DNA from: Oopsacas minuta
Lineage: Eukaryota; Animalia; Porifera
NCBI GenBank assembly: GCA_024704765.1
Contig: JAKMXF010000011.1
Span: 947,973 to 1,011,972 of the forward strand
Direction of reading: 5' to 3'
DNA length: 64,000 bases
In this document: positions 41,630 through 51,001 of the stretch, one piece after another
Layout of the letters: each line of letters opens with the position of its first letter
How positions within the stretch are numbered: the first letter of the stretch is position 1
The notes under the pieces: model-generated
Seen by the model: the letters and a program-made list of their open reading frames with translations, nothing else
What the model was told of the DNA's origin: nothing
Database searches by the model: none
Program-made: the position numbers and the translations under genes

Positions 41630-42538
41630 CTAAACTAAGAGTGCCTTTATCTCTCTACAAGCTTGTATCTCTTCTTCAAGTATTTCTTGTTGATTTTCAT
41701 AGTTATTGAGTATCTGAATTAATCCGGTACTCGGCTGCTTACAAAATGCTATCGTATCTTTATTATCTGTTAAACAGCTGTAGAGAAGGGTCAAGATATG
41801 TTCATGTGTAGCATTTCTCGGCTCTTTAAGCTTGTTAATTAGAATTTCTAACATCCCTGAGCTGAGAATCTCCTCTTTCAGGGAGAAGTCCTCACTAACT
41901 AGTGTCTTTATTAGGAATACTGCTTTAGTGGCTAAGAGACTGTCCAAGTTTTCAATGAAAGGAATAATTTTATAAATTCCTTTCTCGGATTTGAATACTT
42001 GAATAGCTGGCTCGAAGCCTCGGCAGAGGCAAGATAAGGCATAAAGTACTTTCTTCTTTTCAATTTCTCCTAAGCTCTGATCACTAATTAGTGACAAGTA
42101 GATCGGTATTGGGTTTGTTTGCAAAATAATATGTTGTACTTTTGGATTATTCTGTGCTATACAAGCTAATATCTCGCAACTTTCCATTATTAGTGGTTTG
42201 TAGTTCAAACATTTAAGCATGACGTCGTGACCGCCAGTGTGCACAAAGTCCTTAGCAAGATCTAAGTCGTCCACATATGCAGTAATCCCTTCTAAAATTT
42301 CATTTATTTGTTGCATCTTATCGGTGGTTACTTCTCCTTCTATAAGTGCGCTTATTTTATCTAAATTAGTTTTCATTTCTTTACTCAAATCCGTTGCATT
42401 TGTTACGAAACTTGATAGAGCTCCTGAGAGCCATTCCTTGTTTTCCTGTCCCATTGGTTGGAACACTTCTGATGGAGGGTTTGTGTCCTCTCCTTGTGCT
42501 TGTATAGACATCTTTAAGACCTGTTGCAGTGCTGCCAT
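41630..42538 (-). CDS. HSPBP1: Hsp70 nucleotide exchange factor HSPBP1/Fes1
   Basis: LQQVLKMSI N-terminal motif, ENKEWLSGAL, VDDLDLAKDF..TGG, AQNNPKVQ, KVLYALSCLCR ARM-like repeats. First ATG at 42538. Confidence 0.9.
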   Translation of the reverse strand: MAALQQVLKMSIQAQGEDTNPPSEVFQPMGQENKEWLSGALSSFVTNATDLSKEMKTNLDKISALIEGEVTTDKMQQINEILEGITAYVDDLDLAKDFVHTGGHDVMLKCLNYKPLIMESCEILACIAQNNPKVQHIILQTNPIPIYLSLISDQSLGEIEKKKVLYALSCLCRGFEPAIQVFKSEKGIYKIIPFIENLDSLLATKAVFLIKTLVSEDFSLKEEILSSGMLEILINKLKEPRNATHEHILTLLYSCLTDNKDTIAFCKQPSTGLIQILNNYENQQEILEEEIQACREIKALLV

Positions 42539-42619
42539 AACTTGTTGTTTAGAATATTTGTATTTCAATGTTGAATACAGATTTATTGTATTGAAGTTAT
42601 ACTATTATATAATTCTATA

Positions 42620-42639
42620 GGAATCTTCTAGAATATTCT
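42620..42639. promoter_or_regulatory. Heat-shock element, four perfect inverted nGAAn pentamers, in the divergent HSPBP1/ATP5F1A promoter
   Basis: gGAAt-cTTCt-aGAAt-aTTCt; further TTC triplets at 10-bp spacing (42668, 42678, 42688). Confidence 0.75.
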
Positions 42640-42734
42640 ATTCTTTCTTAGCTAATACTCTAGTATTTTCTAATATGTTCTAGATTCTTCTCTATTAATT
42701 TACAAGTGTTTTAGCGATAATTAAAATTAGCACC

Positions 42735-44360
42735 ATGGCCTCAGGGATTCGAGTCCTACGTTCGCTCAGGCCGCTGGCCTTCCCGCGGTTTTTAGCACGC
42801 ACTACTCCGCTCTACCAACAGATCCGCCCTGCTAGCGGTGGTACTGCCGAGGTGTCATCTATCCTGGAGGAACGGATCTTAGGTCACAGCACTCGTGCAG
42901 AACTCGAGGAGACTGGGAGGGTTCTATCCATCGGAGACGGCATAGCTCGCGTGTACGGACTAAAGAACATCCAGGCAGAAGAGATGGTAGAGTTCAGTAG
43001 CGGACTGAAGGGGATGGCTCTCAATCTGGAACCTGACAATGTAGGTATTGTAGTGTTTGGAAATGATAAGCTGATCAAGGAAGGAGACGTTGTAAAGAGG
43101 ACAGGAGCTATCGTAGACGTACCTACAGGGGAGGGATTGCTGGGAAGAGTTGTCGACGCTCTAGGGACACCCATCGATGGGTTAGGACCAATCCCCTCTG
43201 ACAAACGAAGACGTGTTGGTCTAAAAGCTCCTGGTATCATTCCTCGGCGATCTGTCAACGAGCCCATGCTGACTGGCATAAAAGCTGTAGACTCATTAGT
43301 ACCGATTGGGCGAGGACAGAGGGAGCTGATTATTGGAGACAGACAGACGGGCAAAACGGCTATTGCCATTGACACAATAATCAATCAGAAACGATTCAAC
43401 GAGGGAGCTGATGAGAAGAAGAAGTTATACTGCATATATGTAGCTATTGGACAGAAGCGTAGTACAGTAGCTCAGATCGTAAAGCGATTGACAGACGCTG
43501 GAGCTATGAAATACGTCATTGTAGTATCATCCACAGCTTCTGACGCAGCTCCCTTACAATACCTAGCTCCCTATTCAGGCTGTGCTATGGGGGAGTATTT
43601 CAGAGATAACGGGAAGCATGCTCTGATTATCTATGATGATCTATCTAAACAGGCTGTAGCTTACAGACAGATGTCTCTGCTACTTAGAAGACCTCCTGGT
43701 AGAGAAGCTTATCCCGGTGATGTGTTCTATCTACACTCCAGACTCCTGGAGAGAGCTGCTAAGATGAATGATGACTATGGAGGAGGTTCTTTGACTGCTT
43801 TACCTGTTATAGAGACACAAGCTGGTGACGTATCTGCTTATATTCCTACTAATGTAATATCTATTACAGACGGACAAATATTCTTAGAGACAGAGCTCTT
43901 CTACAAAGGAATTCGTCCTGCTATAAACGTGGGTCTGTCCGTATCTCGTGTAGGATCTGCTGCTCAGACTAAATCTATGAAGCAAGTAGCCGGTACTATG
44001 AAGCTGGATCTAGCACAATACAGGGAAGTAGCAGCATTTGCTCAATTCGGATCAGATCTTGATTCTGCTACACAGAACTTATTGAATAGAGGTATGCGTC
44101 TGACAGAGCTGTTGAAACAGGGACAGTATCAACCTATGGATATTGCTGAGCAAGTAGCGGTGATATTCTCAGGGGTCAGAGGACATCTGGATAAGCTGGA
44201 TCCATCTAGGGTCACAAACTTTGAGGTTGCATTCCTACAGCACATTAGGAACACCCAGCAGAATCTGTTGGAGGAAATACGAAAGAAAGGAGAAATCTCT
44301 AAAGAGAATGAAGAAATGCTTCGAGCAGTGGTCGTAGCGTTTGTGCAGTCATTTACATAA
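42735..44360 (+). CDS. ATP5F1A: Mitochondrial ATP synthase F1 alpha subunit with transit peptide, intronless
   Basis: [10 protein letters not shown], Walker [40 protein letters not shown]; Arg-rich presequence. Confidence 0.99.
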   Translation: MASGIRVLRSLRPLAFPRFLARTTPLYQQIRPASGGTAEVSSILEERILGHSTRAELEETGRVLSIGDGIARVYGLKNIQAEEMVEFSSGLKGMALNLEPDNVGIVVFGNDKLIKEGDVVKRTGAIVDVPTGEGLLGRVVDALGTPIDGLGPIPSDKRRRVGLKAPGIIPRRSVNEPMLTGIKAVDSLVPIGRGQRELIIGDRQTGKTAIAIDTIINQKRFNEGADEKKKLYCIYVAIGQKRSTVAQIVKRLTDAGAMKYVIVVSSTASDAAPLQYLAPYSGCAMGEYFRDNGKHALIIYDDLSKQAVAYRQMSLLLRRPPGREAYPGDVFYLHSRLLERAAKMNDDYGGGSLTALPVIETQAGDVSAYIPTNVISITDGQIFLETELFYKGIRPAINVGLSVSRVGSAAQTKSMKQVAGTMKLDLAQYREVAAFAQFGSDLDSATQNLLNRGMRLTELLKQGQYQPMDIAEQVAVIFSGVRGHLDKLDPSRVTNFEVAFLQHIRNTQQNLLEEIRKKGEISKENEEMLRAVVVAFVQSFT

Positions 44361-44506
44361 ACGAACAAAATACTATAATATTTCGTATATAGGATTAGTT
44401 ATAATGATAGTTGAGTATTGATGGTTTGTATTCGACCCATTGAATCAATATAATACACTTCTATTATGTATTTATTCTTATTCTATAACACACTAGCTAG
44501 TAATTA

Positions 44507-45559
44507 ATGGCTGAGATTAATCCCCCAGAACTATTCATTGGTAGTGATGCTATTCAGCCTTTCTCACAAGAACCTGTATCTATGGCAGAGCAAGAAGCTA
44601 AACCTCAGATTATTCTCATGGGTTTACGTCGGTGCGGTAAGTCCTCGATAGCTCAGGTAGTATTTAATAAGATAACTCCTAATGGTACTGTCTTGCTGGA
44701 GAGCACTACTAAGATAGAATTCACTGACATTGAAACTAATACATTCTTGCATTACGAGCTGGTAGAGATTCCTGGACAGATGGATATATTCGAATCTACA
44801 GTACCTATGAATCATGAAGGTTTGTTCTCTAATTGTGATGCTGTTATATACATTATTGACTGCTCAGATAGTTACGAATCTGCCCTGCCGTATCTCTACC
44901 AGATTGTTACTTGTGCTCATAAAATTAATCCAAAGATTAGATTTGAAGTTTTCATACACAAAACTGATGTATTGAGACAAGATGGAGACAAGCTAGCAAT
45001 CAGACGTAGTATTTATTATAAAGTTACCAGAGATTTACAAGACTCGTGTCTTGAAGCAGTCAAACTGCATTTCTATCTAACTAGCATATACGATTATAGC
45101 ATATTCGAGGCTCTTAGCAGTGTAGTGCAGAAATTGATTCCTGAGCTGCCCACCCTTGAGAATATGCTTAATCTCCTCAATCAGAAATGTAGAATTGAAA
45201 AGTCCTATCTCTTCGACCTACACAGTAAGATATACATTGCTACTGACAGTACACCGCTTGATATAGCAATGTATGCACTGGTTTCTGACATGATCGATAC
45301 AGTACTTGATTTGGCTAATATTTATGATTCTGGTAGCGATGCTAAAGATGCTAATCTCTCATCAACTTTTGAGCTTAACAATAAATCATTCCTCTTCCTG
45401 AAAAAAGTCAATCAGTACCTGGCACTGGTAGTATTTATGACTGGAGAAGATCTGCAAGAAACCAGCGGTCTGATTGAATACAATTTCTATTTATTTAAGA
45501 AGGCGCTTGAAAATGTTTTTGAAATCAGAACGAGGAAATCTAAAGAAAAACTGCTCTAA
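44507..45559 (+). CDS. RRAGC: Rag GTPase, RagC/RagD type
   Basis: IILMGLRRCGKSSI, LESTTKI, EIPGQ, FEVFIHKTD, LTSIYDYSIFEA, SYLFD..SKIYIATDS. RagC versus RagD cannot be distinguished. Confidence 0.92.
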   Translation: MAEINPPELFIGSDAIQPFSQEPVSMAEQEAKPQIILMGLRRCGKSSIAQVVFNKITPNGTVLLESTTKIEFTDIETNTFLHYELVEIPGQMDIFESTVPMNHEGLFSNCDAVIYIIDCSDSYESALPYLYQIVTCAHKINPKIRFEVFIHKTDVLRQDGDKLAIRRSIYYKVTRDLQDSCLEAVKLHFYLTSIYDYSIFEALSSVVQKLIPELPTLENMLNLLNQKCRIEKSYLFDLHSKIYIATDSTPLDIAMYALVSDMIDTVLDLANIYDSGSDAKDANLSSTFELNNKSFLFLKKVNQYLALVVFMTGEDLQETSGLIEYNFYLFKKALENVFEIRTRKSKEKLL

Positions 45560-45746
45560 CCTTTGAACAGTTTGACCCATTAAAGCAACTTTCACAATCT
45601 TTTAAATTTGTAATGAATTGATCAGAAATCTATTTGATATGTGTTGTTTATTCGAATAACTGTTAATAGTATGAATGAATATAAGAAAGCTTATAATCCA
45701 TTAAATAATTAATAGAAATACTTCTGTTATATAATTAGTATATTAA

Positions 45747-46370
45747 ATGGCCCTCAAAGAGAATGGTAACGCTTTCATGGAAGATATTTTCAAGGTTTTG
45801 TTAGTAGGCGATTTATCGGCAGGAAAAACTAGCTTAATGCTGAGATTCACAGAAGCAAAGTTTAATCCTAAACAATCCTCTACAGTTGGTATAGACTACA
45901 AATGTAAACGATTATTTATCGGCGATGATAACTATAAACTGCAAGTGTGGGATACAGCTGGACAGGAGCGATTCCGTACATTAACAAATGCATACTATAG
46001 AGGAGCTAATGGTATTGTAATTGTGTATGATATAACTAACCAACTATCATTTGATCATTGTACTCTGTGGATAGAATCAGTGCGACAAAACGCTCCAGTT
46101 AATGCTAAAGTAATGATAGTTGGTTGTAAATCTGATCTGGAAGAGGATAGAGAAGTTAGCAGGAGTAATGGCGAGGAATTGTCAAAAGCAATCGAAGCGC
46201 AATTTTACGAATGTTCCGCTCAAACTGGTGAGAACTGTGATGAAATATTTATAGAAATTATGCAAGAAATTAAAAGGAATCGAACGAGCACAAAGGACCG
46301 ACAAGATCCGCATTATTATCAGAAAATTCATGAGCATGGGGTGAAGAATTCTGGCTGTTGTCAGAACTGA
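45747..46370 (+). CDS. Rab GTPase
   Basis: GDLSAGKTS, TVGIDY, WDTAGQERFRT, YYRGA, GCKSD, ECSA, C-terminal CCQN prenylation motif. Confidence 0.93.
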   Translation: MALKENGNAFMEDIFKVLLVGDLSAGKTSLMLRFTEAKFNPKQSSTVGIDYKCKRLFIGDDNYKLQVWDTAGQERFRTLTNAYYRGANGIVIVYDITNQLSFDHCTLWIESVRQNAPVNAKVMIVGCKSDLEEDREVSRSNGEELSKAIEAQFYECSAQTGENCDEIFIEIMQEIKRNRTSTKDRQDPHYYQKIHEHGVKNSGCCQN

Positions 46371-46509
46371 GTATCTTTTGTTTCTTTTAGAGCTGTGTTA
46401 TATTTTGTTGAATTTTATGAAAACTTTTGAATTATATGTAAAATGATGTGTAAGATGTTGTAAGCTAGTGAAATTCGATTTAATTAAATTTCTAACATCA
46501 GTTAAATAT

Positions 46510-46821
46510 TTACATGTCAATTACATCAACACAGTAAGGATTATCATCGAATAAAGTATTCCATTCTATTAAACTACAGCGTGTTTGATTCGTCAGATCA
46601 CCGCGAACTGAAAAGCAATCATTCCTCGCAAAAACTTGCCTTCTTGACCTAGATCTTCTGACAATATCTCTTCTTTTGAAGAATCTCTTTATTTGTTTAA
46701 TTGTACAAATTAGAATAATAAAACTCACGCAAACTATAATTCCGAATCCAACTACACCGACTGATACACCAATTAGAATAGAAGTAGAATTGTTGCTTGC
46801 TTCTTTAGGAAATGAACTCAT
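46510..46821 (-). CDS. Small single-pass membrane protein
   Basis: N-terminal sequon NNST, TM ILIGVSVGVVGFGIIVCVSFIILICTI, then a basic stop-transfer KQIKRFFKRR. Confidence 0.6.
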   Translation of the reverse strand: MSSFPKEASNNSTSILIGVSVGVVGFGIIVCVSFIILICTIKQIKRFFKRRDIVRRSRSRRQVFARNDCFSVRGDLTNQTRCSLIEWNTLFDDNPYCVDVIDM

Positions 46822-47138
46822 TATTTATTAATTTGTTTCTCTGAAGTTAGTTTGCTCTCTGTTGCTTTTATTCTGCTATCGGAGCTATCCTATTTCTCCT
46901 GATGACATCAACATACCTAGTGAAAATAATTACCCTATTAAATTCTTTTAACAGTAGGGTCATTACTCAAACTATGATGTTTTGTTGCCTACCTCCTTTT
47001 ATGGCGTGTTCAAACATTCCCTTCCTTTAATTAGGCTAAACCTAATTTGCTTATCGTTACTCGAATCTATTAAATAATTAATACAAATAGACACCTGACT
47101 ATTGATAGTAATTTGTAATTTATTTATTTGTCAGACAG

Positions 47139-49151
47139 ATGGCAGTAGCTAATGCCGAATTAAACATGAGACACCGACTTTTGTTGCACTTCCCTCTCGA
47201 AGTGCTATATCGCATCCTCAACTACTTAGAGCTACGAGATATCCTAGCATTTAGGAATACTTGTAAATCTTTCTACTCAATCTGTCAGTCTCCGGCAGCT
47301 TATGAACATCTGACTATAGACAGGTCAATTAATTTTAAAAACTTAACAAGAAAAAGTGATAAATCTTACTTTGCAAATACTCGATTCATTTGCTGGAAAG
47401 GATCTCCTAAAAAATTACATAATTTTTCGGATTTAAAGTTGCAAAGTTTTCCAAAACTTACTAGTCTCGATCTCTCTCATTCTCCGATTTATATGAAACA
47501 CTTATGTAAGCTGGATAACAAATTTGGATATTTAAAGAGTGTTAAATTGTGTATGAGTATGCCTCATGGTTTCTCAGGATATTCTGTGGGATTATACAAT
47601 CAACTGAAACTTGTTCTGATACACTTTCTTTCTCAATTATTACAGACAAATACAATAGAATCTGTAAGATTGTTATTCACCCTAGAAACAACTATTAGTG
47701 ACATAAGTAGTACTACCAGTGTTTCAGATTTGTGTTTGGATTTGAAACGAATGCCACGAAAAGTAATAATTGAAAATTTCGCATTATTCTGTTTTAAAGT
47801 TACGAATCCAAGTATCCTTTATTCTCAGTCGCATGGTATTGAGGAGTTTGTCATTAGGCAATCTGATAGCGGTTATGGGATCTTCACAATTCCTATTACA
47901 TTCTCTCTTCCCGCAGAATGCGATCCTTCTCCCCAAAATATCAGATCTATTTATTTGGAGCATAACACAATTCCTAAGATTATATCTATTCAAGACATGA
48001 ATTGTATAGACGAGACCAATTTCCATAGACAATATAAGGATTTGAATTATCTCCCAGAGCCATTCTTAGAATGGATAGATTATGGAAAATTGTGCTTTCT
48101 GGATTTGTCTCGCATGTCTTCTTCAGTTACAACAAAGATTAATTTGGATTTGTTATACAATTTGAGAGATTTAAATATCTTTGGACAATCTTCTATCTTG
48201 TTGCATATTTTGGATCAGGTGCATATTCGCGTTTTATTTCCTAATTTGAAAGAGCTCAATATAGGCGGCATTCAATGTTGTCAATTATTCGACAGAGTTC
48301 GTAAGCAGATCTTATGGCTATCCATCTCACAACTAACAAGTCTGAGAGCATTAACACTAACTCCTTGTATGACTCTATTACCCTCTAACTCTATATTTAA
48401 AGACAATTTTAATTCTAATGCTTATCAACCACTAAAACTCCGAAAGATGGAGACTTATGGCATTTGTGTGCCTTATTTGTTTCGATCCTGTCCATATCTA
48501 GAACGTTTTACCGTGACAGATAAGAGTCTTGTCAGATGTCAGTTATGTACTGAGGAGTATGCTAATTTGAAACAGACAAGAAAGTTTCTAAACCCAGTCT
48601 CTTCTATTACTGAATTTCCTCTCACATATTTCTCCCTCTACTACAAACAAGGAGTTATTGATAATTTTAGCACTCTTTTGTTGGAAGAGATTGCTTCTTT
48701 ACAACTCACTAATTTGACACATTTCAGCATTCAAACGAATAGAAATTTCCTTTCAAACATTCTGTGTCGATTTATTCACGATAATTCTGACCTTATTACA
48801 CTCCGAATAGACTGTTCTATGCACTTTACACCGCTCATATTCAAATCTTTAAAACTTCTCAAATATCTTGAAAACTTATTCCTCATCGGTTCTAATGCTA
48901 GCGAGCTTAATTTACTAGAAAGTGTGATTGCCGAGCAGCCGTTACTGTCTCTAGTTTGGCTGCACTTCCAGGGTTTAACAGCAAAACAAGGAAAGGAGCT
49001 ACAAACCAGATTATTGCAACTTAAACAAGTAAGAGCTGTACAGGACGACAACTTAACCGTACATTACGGCATTAGAGAATATCTCCTCCCTGATAATATG
49101 TACTCTGTAATAACTGGCTATTTGTATAGCAAGAGTGGGATTAGTAAATAG
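47139..49151 (+). CDS. F-box plus leucine-rich-repeat protein
   Basis: F-box LLHFPLEVLYRILNYLELRDILAFRNTCKSFYSIC; LRR-like segments (FPKLTSLDLSHS, FPNLKELNIGG, LTSLRALTL). Confidence 0.85.
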   Translation: MAVANAELNMRHRLLLHFPLEVLYRILNYLELRDILAFRNTCKSFYSICQSPAAYEHLTIDRSINFKNLTRKSDKSYFANTRFICWKGSPKKLHNFSDLKLQSFPKLTSLDLSHSPIYMKHLCKLDNKFGYLKSVKLCMSMPHGFSGYSVGLYNQLKLVLIHFLSQLLQTNTIESVRLLFTLETTISDISSTTSVSDLCLDLKRMPRKVIIENFALFCFKVTNPSILYSQSHGIEEFVIRQSDSGYGIFTIPITFSLPAECDPSPQNIRSIYLEHNTIPKIISIQDMNCIDETNFHRQYKDLNYLPEPFLEWIDYGKLCFLDLSRMSSSVTTKINLDLLYNLRDLNIFGQSSILLHILDQVHIRVLFPNLKELNIGGIQCCQLFDRVRKQILWLSISQLTSLRALTLTPCMTLLPSNSIFKDNFNSNAYQPLKLRKMETYGICVPYLFRSCPYLERFTVTDKSLVRCQLCTEEYANLKQTRKFLNPVSSITEFPLTYFSLYYKQGVIDNFSTLLLEEIASLQLTNLTHFSIQTNRNFLSNILCRFIHDNSDLITLRIDCSMHFTPLIFKSLKLLKYLENLFLIGSNASELNLLESVIAEQPLLSLVWLHFQGLTAKQGKELQTRLLQLKQVRAVQDDNLTVHYGIREYLLPDNMYSVITGYLYSKSGISK

Positions 49152-49553
49152 TACATTTCTGTGTATATAAGAATTGCTATTAAAGTATTGTTTCAATTTT
49201 AAGTTTAGTCTAGGTGGATAATAGTTTGAATAGTTTGTGGGTTTGAATGAGAATATGGATAACCCACGCAGCTGATTTGGTATTCTCACTCATTCCAATT
49301 CCCTCACTACCGGGTTAAACAAGGTTTGGTTAATCCAAGAATTTGGATGCTATCAACAGAATGGTTTAGTTTCTACGAATAGGTAGACCGTTACTGGTAG
49401 AGAACACCTATAAATATACCACATATGATGATCAGGTTAATTAGTACTCTCCTGCCTATCGATGCAATTAACTAACAACAACAACAACAGGTTATTTATA
49501 CTAATAAATATTTAATTATTCGTATGATATAACTAATTATAGCTAAATACATT

Positions 49554-50765
49554 TTATATCGTCACAGGATTGCTTTTACAAAGATTATCTATTTTCTTTT
49601 TATAATTATCGAATGTTTGCTTTGTTATTTGTTCTCGAATTTCGCTGAAAAACCTTTGATATTGATTAATGTTATGAATCATGAGCAAGGTAGGTAGCAG
49701 CATCTCTTTGGTGATTAGCAGATGGTGTAGATAAGCACAGGTGTACTTACTGCAGGTATAGCAGGGACATTGGGAGCTGATAGGTTGTAAATATTCTTTA
49801 AACTCTACATTGCTAATGTTTATCATAATGCTGTTTATTTGTGAATGTTCTGTTGCTTCTTGGTGATGATATATCTCGAATGGAATGTTGAGAGCTATAT
49901 TCTTGTATTTAAGCTTAGTTAGGTATGAGCCATCCAGGAGATCAGTCCCGTTAGCTATTGCTTCCAGTATCATCCTAGGACTACCTACAGAGTGTAGCAG
50001 TCTCGGTTTATCCACAGGCAACTCACCGTACACTCTTTTGAGGAGGTTAGTTAAGAGAGCCACGTCATCAGAATATGAATCTTCTCTTATTCCATTAACT
50101 GCAAATCCAGCTACAGGTCTCTGTGATACTGTTCTAGCCATAGAAACACGTTTATCTATCAAATCGCCTCCTTCCAAACTAGCGAATAGTTTTCTGTTAG
50201 AATCTTCACCGAACAAGCCAATGAGATTATCCAAATGTTGAACACTTCTATTTATAGATTTATCTGCTCGTTTGTTTGATACAGAGGATTGTAATGTATC
50301 TCCTAAACACTCGAATAAATCAGGAGCTGCCTGCTTCACAAATAATTCGTAATCTTGTACTTCTATCCTTCTTCTCCCTGCAGAGTCCCACACAGATACA
50401 GTAGATTTATCATTGAAGTGGTGAGGCATTGGATTTAGCGAATCTTGAACGGATAAATAAGTTGGAAATTCATTTAGACCTGCAAATTCTTGAATATTTT
50501 GTTCCATCTTCTTCAGACCGTAAGTGCCTGGAAATTTTATGAAATGTCCAAGAGAGATATTTAATGCTAGATTTTCATATCCCAGCATAGATTGTACAAT
50601 ATCTCTAGTCAGGTGGGGTACTGCTCCTGCGTTAGTGTAGATTAGAATTGCAGGAGTCTCTATTGTCTTTCTGTTGGGCATGCTTAATGTTCCTCTTCGA
50701 GCCAATGAACTTCCAACGTTCTCGCATACAATCGCGAATGGATTTGTCATTGATCGGTCAATCAA
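49554..50765 (-). CDS. QTRT2: Queuine tRNA-ribosyltransferase accessory subunit
   Basis: RRGTL...IETPAILIYTNAGAVPHLT, Zn site CPCYTC...YLHHLL.TKEML...LLMIHN; lacks catalytic TGT motifs (DSGG), consistent with the accessory subunit. Confidence 0.9.
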   Translation of the reverse strand: MIDRSMTNPFAIVCENVGSSLARRGTLSMPNRKTIETPAILIYTNAGAVPHLTRDIVQSMLGYENLALNISLGHFIKFPGTYGLKKMEQNIQEFAGLNEFPTYLSVQDSLNPMPHHFNDKSTVSVWDSAGRRRIEVQDYELFVKQAAPDLFECLGDTLQSSVSNKRADKSINRSVQHLDNLIGLFGEDSNRKLFASLEGGDLIDKRVSMARTVSQRPVAGFAVNGIREDSYSDDVALLTNLLKRVYGELPVDKPRLLHSVGSPRMILEAIANGTDLLDGSYLTKLKYKNIALNIPFEIYHHQEATEHSQINSIMINISNVEFKEYLQPISSQCPCYTCSKYTCAYLHHLLITKEMLLPTLLMIHNINQYQRFFSEIREQITKQTFDNYKKKIDNLCKSNPVTI

Positions 50766-51001
50766 TATGTTTAGCTAAATCATAGAGTCATATAAATTAT
50801 TTAATCCATACGTATTATCTGCTATAGGAACTGCTGAATAGCTATAGTATTCATTACCTAACTCATCATATATCATCTGACGCAGTTTACGTATTCTTGC
50901 TAAGACATTTCGTAAAGATAGCTAACAACTGTTAATACAAGACTGATATAAATCAAATTCGCCTATAAAAATCTGTTGAAATTATATCTAAAGCTGAATG
51001 A

